DNA of 64,000 nt. Source: Marsupella aquatica. Lineage: Eukaryota; Plantae; Marchantiophyta. The DNA is taken from contig OZ316896.1 in assembly GCA_973895155.1 (NCBI GenBank), forward strand, positions 16,058,576 to 16,122,575, written 5' to 3'. The translations under genes and the position numbers were made by a program. A model generated the notes under the pieces. It ran no database searches and had not been told where the DNA came from. It saw only the letters and a list, made by a program, of their open reading frames with translations. This document shows, one piece after another, positions 63,508-64,000 of the stretch (its first letter is position 1; every line of letters starts with the position of its first letter).

Positions 63508-64000
63508 ATCTTTTCCTTTTTTGTTTTGGACCTCCCTTGTTGCACACTTGAAGCTTCCAAGCTGTTCCTCTTGGTTCCATTGCTTGTGCCACCCCCTATT
63601 TATCAAACACTATTTTGCACATACAATAAGAGACCCCCTATTTATCAAACACTATTTTGCACATACAATAAGAGAATTGGTTGTGCCAACCCCTACCTAG
63701 AAAACTTTTGATTTTGCAGATACAATAAGCAAAAATTTAAATTTTTAGGGGCTCCGCCCCAAAATCCAACACAACACATCAATTCTAAAAATGTCTCCCA
63801 TGGGCCGCCCCGCCGCCCACCGCTGGCCAATATCTTCCAAGCTGTTCCTCCTCTGTCCAGTGTCATATTCTCACCCGGGTGGATGGTCTCTGGTGGAAAA
63901 GGAAAAATGCCACCTTGGTTGGGGGGGGGCGATTATTGTAGAAATTTGTGGGTTGCAACAAGGGAGGCCAAGCAAGTGGGGTATAAAGCCCAATAACACA

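Larger units (their letters stand above)
44522..64000 (+). repeat. 5S rDNA tandem array, ~748-750-bp units, 25 complete 5S genes in the window, continuing beyond the window end
   Basis: Near-identical head-to-tail units. Length variation comes from a spacer G-run, one extra 42-bp subrepeat (unit 17) and one MITE (unit 5). Confidence 0.99.

Noticed and set aside
44616-63711. Repeated ORFs in the array (MDVMRSYQ..., MGAHSTH..., MINRGWH...)
   Set aside because: They overlap the 5S gene and spacer, shift frame with G-run length and have no protein-like features, so they are by-products of the repeat.

Overview
Eukaryotic land-plant genomic DNA. The 5S rRNA sequence and gene style suggest a liverwort or other bryophyte, which is an inference. 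The first ~44.5 kb contains four spliced genes: PDX2 (-), a DUF1664-family gene (+), a mitochondrial carrier of the ADNT1 type (+) and a cyanobacterial-type ArnT/GT83-like glycosyltransferase with a plastid-transit-like N-terminus (+). It also holds one intronless 343-aa orphan ORF and a frameshifted, truncated U1-C (SNRPC) gene fragment enclosed by ~160-bp inverted repeats, which looks like a Pack-transposon capture. Mobile and repetitive DNA includes short copia-type solo LTRs with perfect 5-bp TSDs (one apparently nested in an older LTR), a MULE-like element inside a ~70-bp satellite, a foldback repeat upstream of the ArnT-like gene and many two-copy tandem duplications. From ~44.52 kb to the window end lies a stand-alone 5S rDNA tandem array with ~749-bp units and 25 gene copies. 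Every copy has an atypical 5' end (GTGATGCGG), loop-E variants occur in contiguous blocks, and a 313-bp MITE with an AAT target duplication sits exactly between one 5S gene and its Pol III terminator. All homology calls come from motif recognition by eye; no searches were run.
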